DNA of 64,000 nt from Anthoceros angustus (GCA_010909165.1 MU008164.1:682001-746000), one strand, 5' to 3'. Counted from the first letter of the stretch, positions 50,672-64,000 are shown. The notes: generated by a model from the letters alone, not told the origin. Numbers and translations are program-made.

Positions 50672-53600
50672 TGTTAGAAGTGATTTATTACAACATATCA
50701 AAATATGTTATGAAGAGTGCCCTAAAAGCAGGTTATGAAGAGTGCCCCAAAATAACATACTTGAAAGTCATGCATCTTCTAGAAAGTATCTTCTAGAAAG
50801 TATCTTCTAGAAAGTCCAAAAGTAAAGGGCAAGGTCAAGTAACCAATAGGATTCAAGGTCAAGTGACCAGTAGGATCAAGGCTAGGACTATATAAGGCCA
50901 AGCCCACCTACTTGTAAGGTGTGTGGTGTGTGTGTTCTTGTGTGCTTGTGTGCTAGTATCTAGTGTGCCTAGTGCATATAACCCATATTGTATGGGAGTG
51001 TTGTGTTCCTCTCTATAAAGGCTCAGCTCTTTTCCTAACATGGTATCGAGCCATGTTCAAGAGCCTTGTAGAATGCTCCTTGCATTGATACTTGAGTCAA
51101 GTCCTATTGCATAGTTCTTAGCCTAGAGCTTGTGAGAACTTGTGCGATTGGAAAGGTCTTGATACTAATCTTAGAGAGGTGCTTTGGTCTTCAAGATCAA
51201 TTGTAGGAAAACTAGCATGGCGTCAACAAGCATGGAGACGCCTAGTGAGAAGTTTGAGGCACATCAGTAAGTTGCTGAAGATGCATGTGAGTGAGGTGCT
51301 TTGGTCTTCAAGATCAATTGTAGGAAAACTAGGCATGGCGTCAACAAGCATGGAGACACGCCTAGTGGAGAAGTTTGAGGCACAAACTTCACATTGTGTT
51401 GAAGCAAGATGCTTCAGAAAGTGTCGACAATGTCAGATACCTTCTCAGAGAAGACTGAAGCGGAGAGGACTATGGAAGTTTGTCGACAATGGCCTCGAGA
51501 AACACCCACCAAAAGATGGACAATTGAGAAAGATGGACGAGCGGGCGACGATTCTCCTCAATGTGTCCGATGACATACTCTCTCAATTGAGTGAGTGTGC
51601 AACATCAAAGCGGCGTGACGACCCTCCAACACGATGAGAAGAAGAGCTTGGTGAATGAGATGTTGTTGGAGCAACACCGCCAACTTCAAGATGGTCGAGG
51701 TGACACCATTCAACAACACGCCAAGTTGAAGAACTTGGTGGATCAAATGAAGGCGGGACGCCAAACCTTCGAAAGAAAGGTTATCGTGGTGTTGCCGAGT
51801 AGCTTACCATCCGCATACAAGCAATTTGTGTTGGCCTTTAGAACGCTAGCGACAAGGGCCTGCACCAACCACCAACGTTGGATGAGGTGGTTGGGTTGCT
51901 ACAAGAGGAGCTGGAGAATTCCTTCAAGAAGAAGAGAATGGAGACGGTGCTCTTCTCAAAGAAGGGAACAACACGTGGAAGACTTCACAAGCCAACTCAA
52001 GAAGGATCAAGGAGAAAGGTGCGAAGAAAAGGTGTGGGTACTTGCCATTATTGCAAAAAGCCTAATCACTATGCCAAGGATTGTAGGACAAGGTTGGTCG
52101 ACTTGAAGAAGAAGGGAAAGGAGTCACAAGCAATCAAGTGAGTGAGAAGGAAGAACATCTTTTCATTGTCTCAACCGTAGAAAGAGTACGCCCATCAAAG
52201 AAGGATGAGAGTTTGTACCGACTGGAGCATCTCAACACTTCACCTACAACCGCCTTGGTTCTCAAGTTATGAAGAAACGGGCATAAAGTGGCGCTTGGAG
52301 ACAATAGGTCACACGAGATCAAAGGAAGAGGTGTGATTAAAGTTCAACTCTGGAGGACCATCCAAAGGTACAATCAAGGATGTACACCATGTGCCCGGTC
52401 TTGCAAGAATCTTCTTTCAGCAAGAATCAATCGACCGGAATGAGATTGTGTTCAACTCGAGGATGTCGATCCAACCCGAGCAACCGTAATCACCTAATGT
52501 CAAGGTGATAGCTCGAGGTGTTCGGAAGGCAATCTCTATAAGTTGTGTGCTTCCATAGGTGATCAACAAGCTTGCACATTTGTGTCAAGCCTAAGAGCAC
52601 CGGGTCAATAGATTTGTGGCATCAACGCTAGCACACTGAGTGGACAACATCAAGATGATGAAGAATCAACAAATGGTGACCGCTTGGATTTGAGATTGGT
52701 GACAGTAAGGGGGTGCATAATGGGAAAGCTTCACCAAACCAAGTTCCCAAGGATTGAGGAGCGCAAGAAAAAGGCGTTGAACTTGTACACACACCAATGA
52801 AGAACCCTACCCACGGAGGAGCCCGCTACATTCTAGTGTTTGTGGATGACTTCACAAGGAGGAGTTGGACATACCAAGAAAAGGAGAAGGTCCAGAATGC
52901 CTCAAGACTCGAGGAGTGACAATGGAGGAGAATACATCTCTTCTCAATTCAAAAGCTTTTGCAAGGAGCATGGCATTCTGAGGCAACTAATTCCTCACAC
53001 ACCGGAGCAAAATGGATGGAGCGCAAGCGGAGCCAGTGGAGGCGGCCAAGCATGCTCCATCAAAGTGGGTTGGAGGTACGCTTTTGGGAGAGGTACACAA
53101 CTCATGTTTTGAATAGAGTTCCAACCAAGTAACTGGAATGAGAGGAGGCATGGTCCGTGTCAAACCTAACGGAGTCATTTTAGGATCTTTGGTTCGAGGT
53201 TTATGCTCATGTTCCAAAGCAAAACCGAACCAAGTGGGATCCTAAAGGCATCCAAGGCATCATGCTTGGGTAAAGGGTATAGATTATACAACCCTACAAC
53301 CAAGAAAATCATTTTCGAGGGATGTTGTTTTCATGAGGTTGTGGAACCTAACAAAGGAGGAGCAACGCAAGTTGTCATCAAAGGAAGGAAGTGAAGAAGC
53401 ACAAGACTTGGTTCTTGAGCAACCTACTCTGAGCATGCTCAACCTGCTCTCGAGCATGAGCAACCTCTACCACAAGGTGATATAGAAGGTGAGAAGCCCG
53501 GATATCGAGGATGATGAAGAGGAGCGAGATCAAGAATCCAAGAGGAGCCGAGACGCATCGAGATCATCAAGGCGATGGAAACCTTCGTAAAATTTTGGAG

Positions 53601-56600
53601 TCCATGAATGTGCACGAAGAGAGGCTATGTTGGCAGACGATGAGCCGAAAGCTTGAAGGAAGCCTTGGAAGGCCAAAGGCGAGTGGAAAGAAGCTGATAG
53701 TGAGTATAACTCACTTATCAAGAACAAGACTTGGGAAATCACCTCTACCCCAAGGTGCATAGGATCCAAATGGGTGTTCAAGATCAAGCACAACGATGGG
53801 AGCATAGACACAAAGCAAGACTGGGAAGGGATATACACAAGTGCCGTATTGACTACACCGACACTTTCTCCCCGTTGCTAAGATAACATCCATTCGTATA
53901 CTCTTAGCAATAGTACCATGGATCCGGAGATACATCACATGGATGTCCAAATCAAGGCTTCTCAATGGAGATTGGAAGAAGAGATCTACATGAACCAACC
54001 GGGGTATGAAGTGCTGTAGGTGAGGTATGTAAATTGCTAAAGGCACTCTATGGTCTTAACTGTGACTTACCGGTATGTTAAGATTGACAAGTTCTTCCAA
54101 GCTAGAGGTTTTAAGAAAACCAATGGAGATTGGAACATCTATGTGAAGAGAGGGAGAGTCCATGATGATCATTGCTCATGTGGATGATCTAACCTTGTTT
54201 GCAATGATTTGGAAGCTCTTAGAGCACGAAGAGTCTTAATGATAGTTTTGATATGAGGGATCTAGGTGAACTTCATTACTTTCTAGGATAGAAGTAATGA
54301 GAGAGGGCTAACAAGAAGATCTCTTTGAGCCAAAGGACATGTTGAGAATGTCCTCAAGCGCTTTGAATGCAAGAGTAAGAAGACACCAATGGTGCTTAAT
54401 GAGAAGCTCTCAAAGGAGATGAGTCCTACAACAAGAAGGAGAAGGTAGATAAAACTCTCTATCAAGCAGGTTGGATGCCTCACCTATTTATCTACAGGAC
54501 AAGGCCATTGCAGGCAAGGGAGTTGCAAGTCAATTTATGGCTAACCTGACAAAGTAGCTTTCAAGCCGTGAAGAGGATAATGAGGTACTTGAGTGGTACA
54601 AAGCATTGGAATTTGGTGTATCAAGAGCATAAGAAGTCCGGTAGGATATTGTGATTCGATCGGGTGAGATGTTGATAGTCGCAAGTCTACGACGGATATG
54701 CGGCTTATGCCGAATGGGGAGCCATTTCATGGAATAGTAGGAGACAACCCATCGTGGCTCTATCCTCTACGAGCGAATATAGGCAACATGCTCGCGGTCA
54801 TGGAGGCGATATATGGTAACTTGTTAGAGGAGATGGGATCTGCCAAGGAAGCTAATGAAATAGTTAAGTCATCTAAAGTTAGGTTGACTATATGCTAGTG
54901 GTTTTACAATGCTTATAACCACTTACACAACTGTATATATGCTTGATTTTCCCATGAACTAAATAACTGCTTTTCATTTTTCCGCTCATGTTTTCGCACC
55001 CCCCTTGAATGATCCACACCGCGCTTTATGGTATCGAGCCACTAGGCAATCGGCACGAGCGCCCATGTGTGACGAGGCACGATGCCCAAGAGAGGGATTG
55101 CCTCACGTGCGCCTAAGGTCAACATAGAAGTTGATCACTTTCCCTCACCGAACCGGGTTTTTCCGCACAACTTGCCGGAGAATAATCATCATTCCGTGTC
55201 CGGCAATCTTCACCAAGGCTTCCCGTGCAACCGTTCTAGGCGCGTGAGCCCATCACCCTCCGTAGAATCAAGGCGTGTCACCACCACGGCATCTCGCTCG
55301 AGGCGGCGACAAACAGAAAAGGAAAGTGAAGTCCTTTCATGCCGTGCTAAGCGTGAACTTGTGATTTGGTTGAGAGCCTCACCGCCGTATCACGCAACTC
55401 TACCTCCGATGTCGACCCATCGAACTCCAAGCACATGCGTTTGTGGAGCTCGACCGCTTGTTGCAGCAAGCGACCCCCCCACCGATGTCTGCTTGAGTTG
55501 ATGGATGCCGCCTAGGACACGCCCGGATCCTCCTCAAGAAGAGGACTTGACTTAGATTCGGCATCGAGCGATCGTGATCGATCCATCACAGGTGAAGAAC
55601 GCTATAGGCCCTGATTTCAATTTTGAGTTCGCATCCTAGAGAACCAAGGTGCTCGTGAAGGGCCACGAGGAGGTTTTGGTTATACCCCGTGGTTCCTTTG
55701 GGGAGCAGACACCTGATCTCGAGCGAATGAACACCCAACCACAACTGGAGGGACCCGCTCCGCTACATAACCACACTCCGCGACGACTTCCACATCAGCC
55801 TCGACGGAGGCATCCACCTCAACTATGGCCGTTGCTCTTCCTCAACCTGCCTTGAAGATCGATTTCAGGGACAAGGATCGTTTCAATGGAAACGACTACA
55901 ACACCTGGTCATTGAGATTGACCCAGATATTTGAGGAAAATGAGTTGATGTCGGTGGTAGATGGAAGTGAAGTATGTCCAGCAGCAACAGGTACAAATGC
56001 AGCAGACGTTCTCGACTGGAAACGAAGGGACAGGAGAGCACGTTCAATCCTCATAGCTTCTCTTGACAGAAACATGATGCCTCACACCTTGGGTGCTACC
56101 ACCTGTGGCATAGTTTCACCGACGATAAGGATAAGAGTAATGCGTGTTTGCACACAGTGACTTCTTTGGCATGAGGATGAGGGACAACGAATGTTGAATC
56201 CTATATTAACCGCTGTGATGCACGAGCTACCTTGGCATCGTGGGCACAACCCTACAGGAACAAGTGGGACCACTGTTAGCTTCACTTCCGCAGAGCTACA
56301 CCATTTTATGAGTTCATTAGCTCATCGGCATCCTCACGTAGCTGCTCCCCGCCTTACAATCGGACCAACTGATAGGGGCTTTGAATAAGAGCGCACTAAG
56401 GGTTTTCATAAGGGAAAGGAGACTTCCCAACAACATTTTAGTTCGAGAGTTCTATTTTCCGGCCGAGGCAGGGAGCTTTCGTGACGTGGTCGTGGAGGAC
56501 AAGGTCAAGGGGCTATTCCACGCCCCAAATCTCCAAAGGAAGACTTTTACTTGAATCGTGTAAGATCCCGTGACATTTTGAGAAGGATCAGGAAGACCGG

Positions 56601-59600
56601 AGAGCCACGCAAGGATGGATCGCTCCTAATCCAACCTAGCCAAGCCATCAACAACGCTAAGTCACCTTCCATTCTTTGTTGTTTAGCTTTCGATTATGAC
56701 ATGTGGTTTTGGACTCTACTAGTCACATTTGTTACGATAGGCGTGCTTTCCATGAGTTCTTACCACTGATAGTCAGCCTGCCTTATTAGGTGATGATAGT
56801 GGTCCATCCATTAAAGGTTCAGCTCACCACCCGACCGCCTAATTCCATCACGATGATTCTGTGTGTCCTGCTTTGTCCCAGCCACTAAAAATCTAATGTC
56901 ATTAAGCTTTCGAGGAACACTCAGAGTTTGTTTTGATCATTCTGTTGTTCCATTTCTAACATGATCGGGATGAAATTTTCTCCGAACTCCTTTTAATGAC
57001 TTGTATCTCTTGAATGTCGTGACTTTTCCCAAGCACCCACCTCAGTCACCCGCCCATCACTATCTCCCACACTGGCATTGTCGTTGGGACACGTCAACTT
57101 GTTGTCTTTGTTGGTGAATAACACGCTTTTAGAGATTCCTGTCATTCTCTCATTTGATAACCATGCTTTTGCGATTCACAAAGCCATTTCCCAGCCATTT
57201 AGAGATCGAACTTATCCGAGCACCGGTCTTCCACACAGGTGACCTTTGTGGCCCCATGTCCATGCCTCCTTTGGGGTGCCCAATATTTCGACCTTCATTG
57301 ACGAATGGAGCGATATTGTGCATAGCAAAAAGTGACACTTTCACTTGTTTCCAAGATTTCACTATGGCCCAACGATGCATGTGCAAACTCAAGATTTTGA
57401 GGTCGACAATGGTGGAGAATACATTAGTCATGCCTTTTCACTTTTGTGCAGAGGAGTTCTTCATTTTACTATATACACCGCCTGCACGCGCTTGTCAACT
57501 AAAAAATCGATTTACAAGAGGCCACTCTTTCTAGTTTGTCTTTTCCGGATCGACTGTGCTACGGCTCGCTGCAGCCTACTTATGTGCGTAATCGTCCCTA
57601 CCAAAGAACTTGGGCTCATTACACCATATGAACGTTGGATGTGCAAGAAGCCACGATCACTCACTTATGGATTTTTGGCACCGATATGCCCTTGTACCTT
57701 CTCACCGAGAAAGCTCGAATTCTGGTCGTCGAATCTTTGTTGGCTATGCCGAGGAAGTGAAGGGTTATGTCGCTTGATCCCGACTAAGTTACTTATTCAC
57801 GCAGGTGATTTTCCATGAGAATGCTTTACTTCGACATGACTTGTTATCACCTTCTTATGTGTTGCCTCGCCACTATCCATGGTGTTGATGATGACCGATT
57901 TTGTCATGATAACAGATAATTGTCGTTTTGATTTTGAGGATACAACTCTTCAACTTCACGGGCACATCAACCAGCCAGTCACCTCGCCCATCACAACAGG
58001 TCATCTTCGATGAGTCTACTTTACCCGCTGAGTTTGCTCCTTGATGAATCAGAGCTTGATCCTCCGGCTCCCGATTTACCTTTAGTGCCCCGATCCTCCT
58101 TCCGCCGGCCACACCATCCTCACCGCCCTTCGCCGGGTCTACTAGGTCTAGACCCCTCGCCATGAGTGGATGTAACCACCATTTGTTGTCTGTAGCTTCC
58201 AAAACTCTTGTTCCAAACTTTAACACTTATGAGCCAACTAGTTACCTTGAAGCCATCACAGCCCCGAGGCACTGGAAGGAGTCCATACAAATTGAATACA
58301 ATTCTTTAATGGAAAATGGTACTTGGAAACTTGTAGACTTACCAAGGTCGAAACCAAGAGCTTGTAAATGGGTTTTTTAAAAGAAACTCAACACGATGTG
58401 GCGCTACAAATCTAGGTTAGTAGCTAAAGGATATAGCCAAGTTGTGGGTTAGACTATAATGAGACATTTGCTGTGGTGAAGTCTACTTCAGAATATTGCT
58501 ATCTCTAGCAGCCCATTTTGGTCTTCACGCTCACCAACTAGACGTTAAGACAAAGATTTCTTAATGGTACATTAGAAGAAGAGATTTACATGCATCACCA
58601 AGGTTTTGTTATAGACGAGGAGAAGTTTGCCTATTGCTCAAGACACTTTATGGCTGAAACAATTGAGCTTGAATGAAACGTTTCATGCTCACGACGATAG
58701 AATTGGGTTTTACCGCTTGATTGATAGTCTGCTACATATTGTGGGATGGAGATGACTTTCTTATTATATCCGCTTATGTGACGACAACTTCCTTTTCAAG
58801 ATTTCTTTGGTGTTGATGGCCGTAATCAAAAGTGTTCTTTATCTCGCTTTGACATGACCGACCTTGGGCAACTTTGTTTTCTCTTGGTGTTCAGTTCCCA
58901 GCTTTTCAAGATAGGCATACAGATTGAGTTGCATCAAGAGCACTTCGTCACTCGGCTACTTCAAGTTCAACATGGCCGAGGCACGCCTGTGTCAACACCT
59001 ATGTCAACAAGTGAGAAGCTATCCGGAACATTGCCCAACTACACGGGAAGAGAAGGACTTGATGGCCACTCGCCCATACAAAGGCGTTGGTAGTCTTCTA
59101 TATCTAGCATCTTGGACAAGGTTGGATATGTATCGAAGCAATGTTTCTCAATTTTTAGAGAACCCGGAGAGGTACATGGCAGCTTAAGAGAATATTCCGT
59201 TATCTTAAGGGAACTCCTCGCTTAGGCTCAAGTATACCAAGCAAGCTTTGGATTGGAGCTAGTTGGATTTTGCGATGGATTGGGCTGGAGATGATTCAAG
59301 AAGGAGCATAGTAGCTTATTGTAACTGTTGGGTGGCTCGGTATGGTCAGCAAGAAGCTTACGACCATTTGTCTATCATCCATCAAGCTTGGCACGGAGCA
59401 CCGCCTCAAGCTGCCGTGAAGTCATTTGGTTACGTTCCTTTCTACGTGGTCTTCAACAGTTGCCACCGAGCTACAAGGTTGTGGTGTGACAACCAATCGG
59501 CTATAGCACTCACGAAGAACCCGGTTTTCACGCTCCAAGCATATCGAAATCACACATCATTTCATTAGACAAGCTTATGACAAAGGAGAGGTAGATGTTC

Positions 59601-61488
59601 GATATATTCCAACATGTGAGAATGTTGTCGATGTCCCGACAAAAGCACTTCCAAAATTGTCGCCGAAGCATGTGGCTAGGATCACCAAATATCACCGCGC
59701 TTGGAAAAGGGATAGCCCACTAGTCTACTCCTCCTTGCAAGATGCTCCTAGATTTATGTGATAGCCCTTCTCTCCGATTTTTGCCTTGGTTTGCGAGCCG
59801 GTCGCTTTTCTTGCTTCATCCAGAGACCGCAGCAATGTCAGGTAAACAAGGTGAGTTGAGCATGCCGGGGAGGTAGGTTAGCAGAAGTGGTGGATGAAGC
59901 TCACACGCATTGTAAGCGCGACCTTCATCCGGGTCATACTTTCTTTTCTTCCTGCTTTTCTCGAGGAGTCTTATCACGCCTGACCTTATCCACCATCAAG
60001 ATCCTGGTCTTCTTTGTTGAGTGCCTTCCGCCCTCGATGTGATTCTATATGCATAGTAGTACTCAAGCTCTTCTTCCTCTTTGGCATTGCTTTCAAAGAT
60101 AGCATCCCGGTATTGCTCCTTGGTCACCTTCCTTCAAAGGACACTACACTTGAGAGTGTCATAAGGTGAGCCTTTTCACCAGTGTCCGTGTCTCGACATA
60201 CCTTGTTGTAATCCTTCGCTTGCTCATTGCTTTTTGGGCGAAGTCTGAGGAGGATGTTCGACATAGAGTGTAGAATCCACCGCCGAGGTGAGAACTTTGA
60301 GGTGTATCCACTCCCTTCCACGAATGCACTCAACGCCATTGGGAACCTTCGCCATAGGATCCTCGTGGTTAGCGGTTTACAACCCATATACCTACCATAT
60401 AGTGAACCAAGTGAGGAGCGAAGATTAGATTGCAAATCTCAAGGCGGAGATTTGGAGCGCCATGGTATTTGTATCTGGATTTAGAGCGCAGCAGGTGGTG
60501 AGGAGCTAGGAGCGTAAGTGGTGAGAGGCGTAACCGCTGGTCACGGAGCGCGGTCAAGTCCACAATCGCAAATCATTTTGATTCTTTTTCGCTTTATCGA
60601 ACCCAAATCAAGGTTCTAAGTTTAAGACAATATTTTATTGCTTAAATACTTCCTCTTGAGCTGTTCATTGCAACCAAGAGGGAGTAATGAAATAGTTAAG
60701 TCATCTAAAGTTAGGTTGACTCTATGCTAGTGGTTTTATGAAGAGTTATAACCACTTACACAACTTTTGTATATATGCTTGATTTTCCCATGAACTAAAT
60801 AACGTTTTCATTTTTCCGCGCCATGTGCTGCACACCGCTCGTGCCCCTTGAATGATCCACACGCTGAAGCAACAACAATCTTCAACGACAATCAAGGTTG
60901 CATCTTCTTAGCCAAGAATGCAACTTTTCATGCTAGAACCAAGCATCAAGTGAAACATCACTTTATAAGAGAGAAGGTAAAGTCAAAAGAGGTAAAGCTA
61001 GAGTATTGTCCAACGGAGACATGCCGTGATATTTTGACCAAAGCCTTGACTTTAGAAAAACATGCTAGGTTTAGCAAGATGCTAGGCCTAAGGGAATAAT
61101 TTTGATATGTTGAGTGGGAGTGTTAAGTGATTTATTACAACATATCAAAATATGTTATGAAGAGTGCCCTAAAAGCAGGTTATGAAGAGTGCCCTAAAAA
61201 TAACATACTTGAAAGTCATGCATCTTCTAGAAAGTATCTTCTAGAAAGTATCTTCTAGAAAGTCCAAAAGTAAAGGGCAAGGTCAAGTAACCAATAGGAT
61301 TCAAGGTCAAGTAACCATGGGATCAAGGCTAGGACTATATAGGCCAAGCCCACCTACTTGTAAGGTGTGGTGTGTGCAAGTGTTCTTGTGTGCTTGTGTG
61401 CTAGTATCTAGTGTGCCTAGTGCATATAACCCATATTGTATGGGAGTGTTGTGTTCCCTCTCTATAAAGGCTCACTCTTTTCCTAACA
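50672..61488 (+). mobile_element. Ty1/copia LTR retrotransposon A (degenerate), interrupted by nested copia B
   Basis: LTRs 50672-51040 and 61121-61488 (TG...CA, near-identical), PBS TGGTATCGAGCC at 51041, PPT TGAGTGGGAG at 61111. gag knuckle CHYCKKPNHYAKDC, integrase RSDNGGEY, RNase H DNQGCIFLAKNATFHARTKH. No clean TSD (GCGGC vs TGCAC). Confidence 0.95.
54853..60865 (+). mobile_element. Nested Ty1/copia element B inserted in the RNase H of element A
   Basis: LTRs 54853-55028 and 60685-60865, PBS at 55029, PPT AAGAGGGAG at 60676-60684, 5-bp TSD GAAGC (54848-54852 and 60866-60870). gag DRFNGNDYNTWSLRL, RT EPTSYLEAI...NGTWKLVDLP, RH LWCDNQSAIALTKNPVF. Confidence 0.93.
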
Positions 61489-61583
61489 TGCACTAATTTG
61501 TGTGATCATTTAACCAAGTTGGTCAAGACCAAGGTGCCCAAATGCTTGTCTCCTAGGCTCGGTGACACGGAAAATCGTTTTTA

Positions 61584-62062
61584 ATGGTGACGCGTGATTA
61601 TCAAGGATACCTTATGAATCAAGGATGGGTTTCTGGAATTGCAATGGATCTTTTATGGACAAAACCAGGTGGTATGCTACACCTTATAGCGGGCCACAAC
61701 CTGATCTTTCTCACGGAAACTCACGAACACCAGGTCAGGAATCTCCTTATTTTTCCCAATTTCCTTTCCTTCTCTTTATTTAGGGATTATGTTTCTTCCA
61801 AGACACCGGGTGGTGTGGCTTGCTTTTTTCGCTCTTCTCTCTCACAATTCATCACTGTGGCAAGGGAGGACTCTCTGGCGAGGGTTTTGTGAATTAGGGT
61901 TTCGGCAATGATTTCCATCTAATAATCATTTATTCATAGCAGTTGCTATTTTCTCCTCGATTCTCCCTATGCTTAAGGCCACTCGTATGACATTTGAAAG
62001 ACCTATCAAAAGATCTCATGTATTTTATGCCTGCAGGATATCTTGTTGGTTGGAGACTTGAT
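61584..62062 (+). mobile_element. LINE apurinic-endonuclease (APE) fragment
   Basis: LIFLTETH...GGVACFFR...; a degraded continuation reaches a GDL-type motif near 62050. Confidence 0.7.
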
Positions 62063-63478
62063 TAATACCAAAATGCATAAATACTCGAATTTTATTGATA
62101 TTTGTTTAGGGAGGGCAAATTACAGGCAATGAACTCGGAAATCTAGGCGGAGATGTAGGTTCACTTTTTTGAGAATATTACCATTCATATTAATTTTAAA
62201 ATTGAAATGAATGGTAATATTCGTTACAACGCACTTGTAGCAACGGGCACAACGTAATTTACAATGCTACTTGGTCAAGTAACTCAGTCGGGGTGATCTT
62301 GATTAATACACTTTGTTACCCTAACTCGGGTTTATTAATTGTAGTTTAATGCTAGTTACTTAACCTTGGGTTACAGGAACCCATGGTTACCTTAACGAGG
62401 TAAATCTTCCTAAAACCCGATGTTAAATCAGTTGCATGGCTTTGTTGTAACTTAAAACCCTAAACCCCGACCTACCGACGCACACGATGACATGGCAAGA
62501 TGACATGGCATGCACAATGACGTGATATGTTAGCATGTTCCAAACCTATCACCGAACCTTATTCACAATGGCATTTCTCTTTACAACCAAAGGGTAATTC
62601 AGCTTTAATTAATTAAAATTAGTAAAAGTTGAAAATCTAGAAATTATTATACCTAAACGCCAATATGTAAAAATTTACAAATTTAAGATGCGAAAACAAA
62701 GAAACGAGAGTTTATGTGGAAAATTAGGGCCTATTTAGGGGATGTCTATACTTATCTATTAATTCTATATAGATACCTATGTATTCTAATCAATGGTAAA
62801 ATTTGATAAAATTGTTTTTCATAAATTTTGAAATTTTAAAAAATATAAATATTTATGTTGAACCTTTGGTTGTAAAGAGAAATGCCTATTGTGAATAAGG
62901 TTCGGTGATAGGTTTGGAACATGCTAACATATCACGTCATTGTGCATGCCATGTCATCTTGCCATGTCATCGTGTGCGTCGGTAGGTCGGGGTTTAGGGT
63001 TTTAAGTTACAACAAAGCCATGCAACTGATTTAACATCGGGTTTTAGGAAGATTTACCTCGTTAAGGTAACCATGGGTTCCTGTAACCCAAGGTTAAGTA
63101 ACTAGCATTAAACTACAATTAATAAACCCGAGTTAGGGTAACAAAGTGTATTAATCAAGATCACCCCGACTGAGTTACTTGACCAAGTAGCATTGTAAAT
63201 TACGTTGTGCCCGTTGCTACAAGTGCGTTGTAACGAATATTACCATTCATTTCAATTTTAAAATTAATATGAATGGTAATATTCTCAAAAAAGTGAACCT
63301 ACATCTCCGCCTAGATTTCCGAGTTCATTGCCTGTAATTTGCCCTCCCTAAACAAATATCAATAAAATTCGAGTATTTATGCATTTTGGTATTAATCAAG
63401 TCTCCAACCAACAAGATATCCTGCAGGCATAAAATACATGAGATCTTTTGATAGGTCTTTCAAATGTCATACGAGTGG
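61979..63478. repeat. Large inverted repeat / foldback: arms 61979-62593 and 62863-63478, with a 269-bp AT-rich spacer
   Basis: The arms are reverse complements; I found only one 1-nt indel. They contain TGACATGGCA repeats and AAACCCTAAACCC, typical of TIR-element subtermini. Confidence 0.95.
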
Positions 63479-63973
63479 GCGAGGACGCTGATCCTCAGGC
63501 ACCCTAAACCTCTCCTGTGGGAAACGCAGAAACAGAGTCGATTGAGGAAGCCAGAGTATGGACAAGACGTTGTTGTGGGTGCTAGAATTGGTCGAAAAGG
63601 ATGTGGTGACTGATGTACGTCACCGCGTGAACCACGTAATCGCGTGTGTACTACGTTACCGCGTGAAATGAAGGACAGATGACCCGACGCATGCTTGGTG
63701 GGAGGACCCTGCTATGGAATGCTGTCCTGAAGGAGAGGCCGAGTGAGTCAGTCAGTCAGTCCACTTTGGGATTTCCCCAAAGAATGTGATAGCTCTTGTA
63801 CGACAGTGTTCAGTCCGTCCGCGGTTTTCTTGCCTCTGTGGCAGAAAGTCACACAACCAGCATAGCAAACCTTTAGAAAATATTAAATGGGGCAGTTGCG
63901 CAAGCACCCTGCGTATCAAATGGGGCAAGTGCGCATCTTGCGGCTGTTAGTGATTTATTACAACATATCAAAA
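63468..63973 (+). repeat. Duplicate of 50192-50703 (RLP upstream region and start of copia A LTR)
   Basis: Near-identical sequence. Confidence 0.95.
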
Positions 63974-64000
63974 TTATTCCCTTAGGCCTAGCATCTTGCT

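Noticed and set aside
50667-61493. TSD for copia A
   Set aside because: The flanks GCGGC and TGCAC do not match, so no TSD is claimed.
62455-62467. Telomere repeat
   Set aside because: Under two units; a telo-box-like motif only.

Overview
Eukaryotic nuclear DNA from a land plant, most likely a hornwort. Two things point there: a DYW:KP PPR domain ending in GRP and a bryophyte-type 5S rRNA sequence. Left to right: a decayed minus-strand Ty1/copia element (1-5247); an LTR-like segment; a dead intron-containing IS3EU-type DDE transposase (about 11.2-12.4 kb); a short element that looks like a 5S-rRNA-derived SINE with an RTEX-LINE 3' tail (about 13.4-13.6 kb); a cytosolic IleRS pseudogene; an apparently intact MID/RKD-type RWP-RK gene; a tandemly duplicated head-to-head pair (ZCCHC10-like zinc knuckle and LWD/AN11 WD40); RTEX-like LINE fragments joined to split 5S rRNA genes; duplicated P450 and DYW:KP (U-to-C editing type) PPR fragments; an LRR receptor-like protein with three 387-bp internal repeats; a copia element with a second copia nested in its RNase H; and a 615-bp-arm foldback. 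From about 21 kb onward the window is a mosaic of near-identical duplications joined at 8-13 nt microhomologies and differing mainly by 1-nt indels. Copy numbers and many frameshifts may therefore be assembly or consensus artefacts. All calls are by eye from the sequence and the ORF track; no database searches were run.
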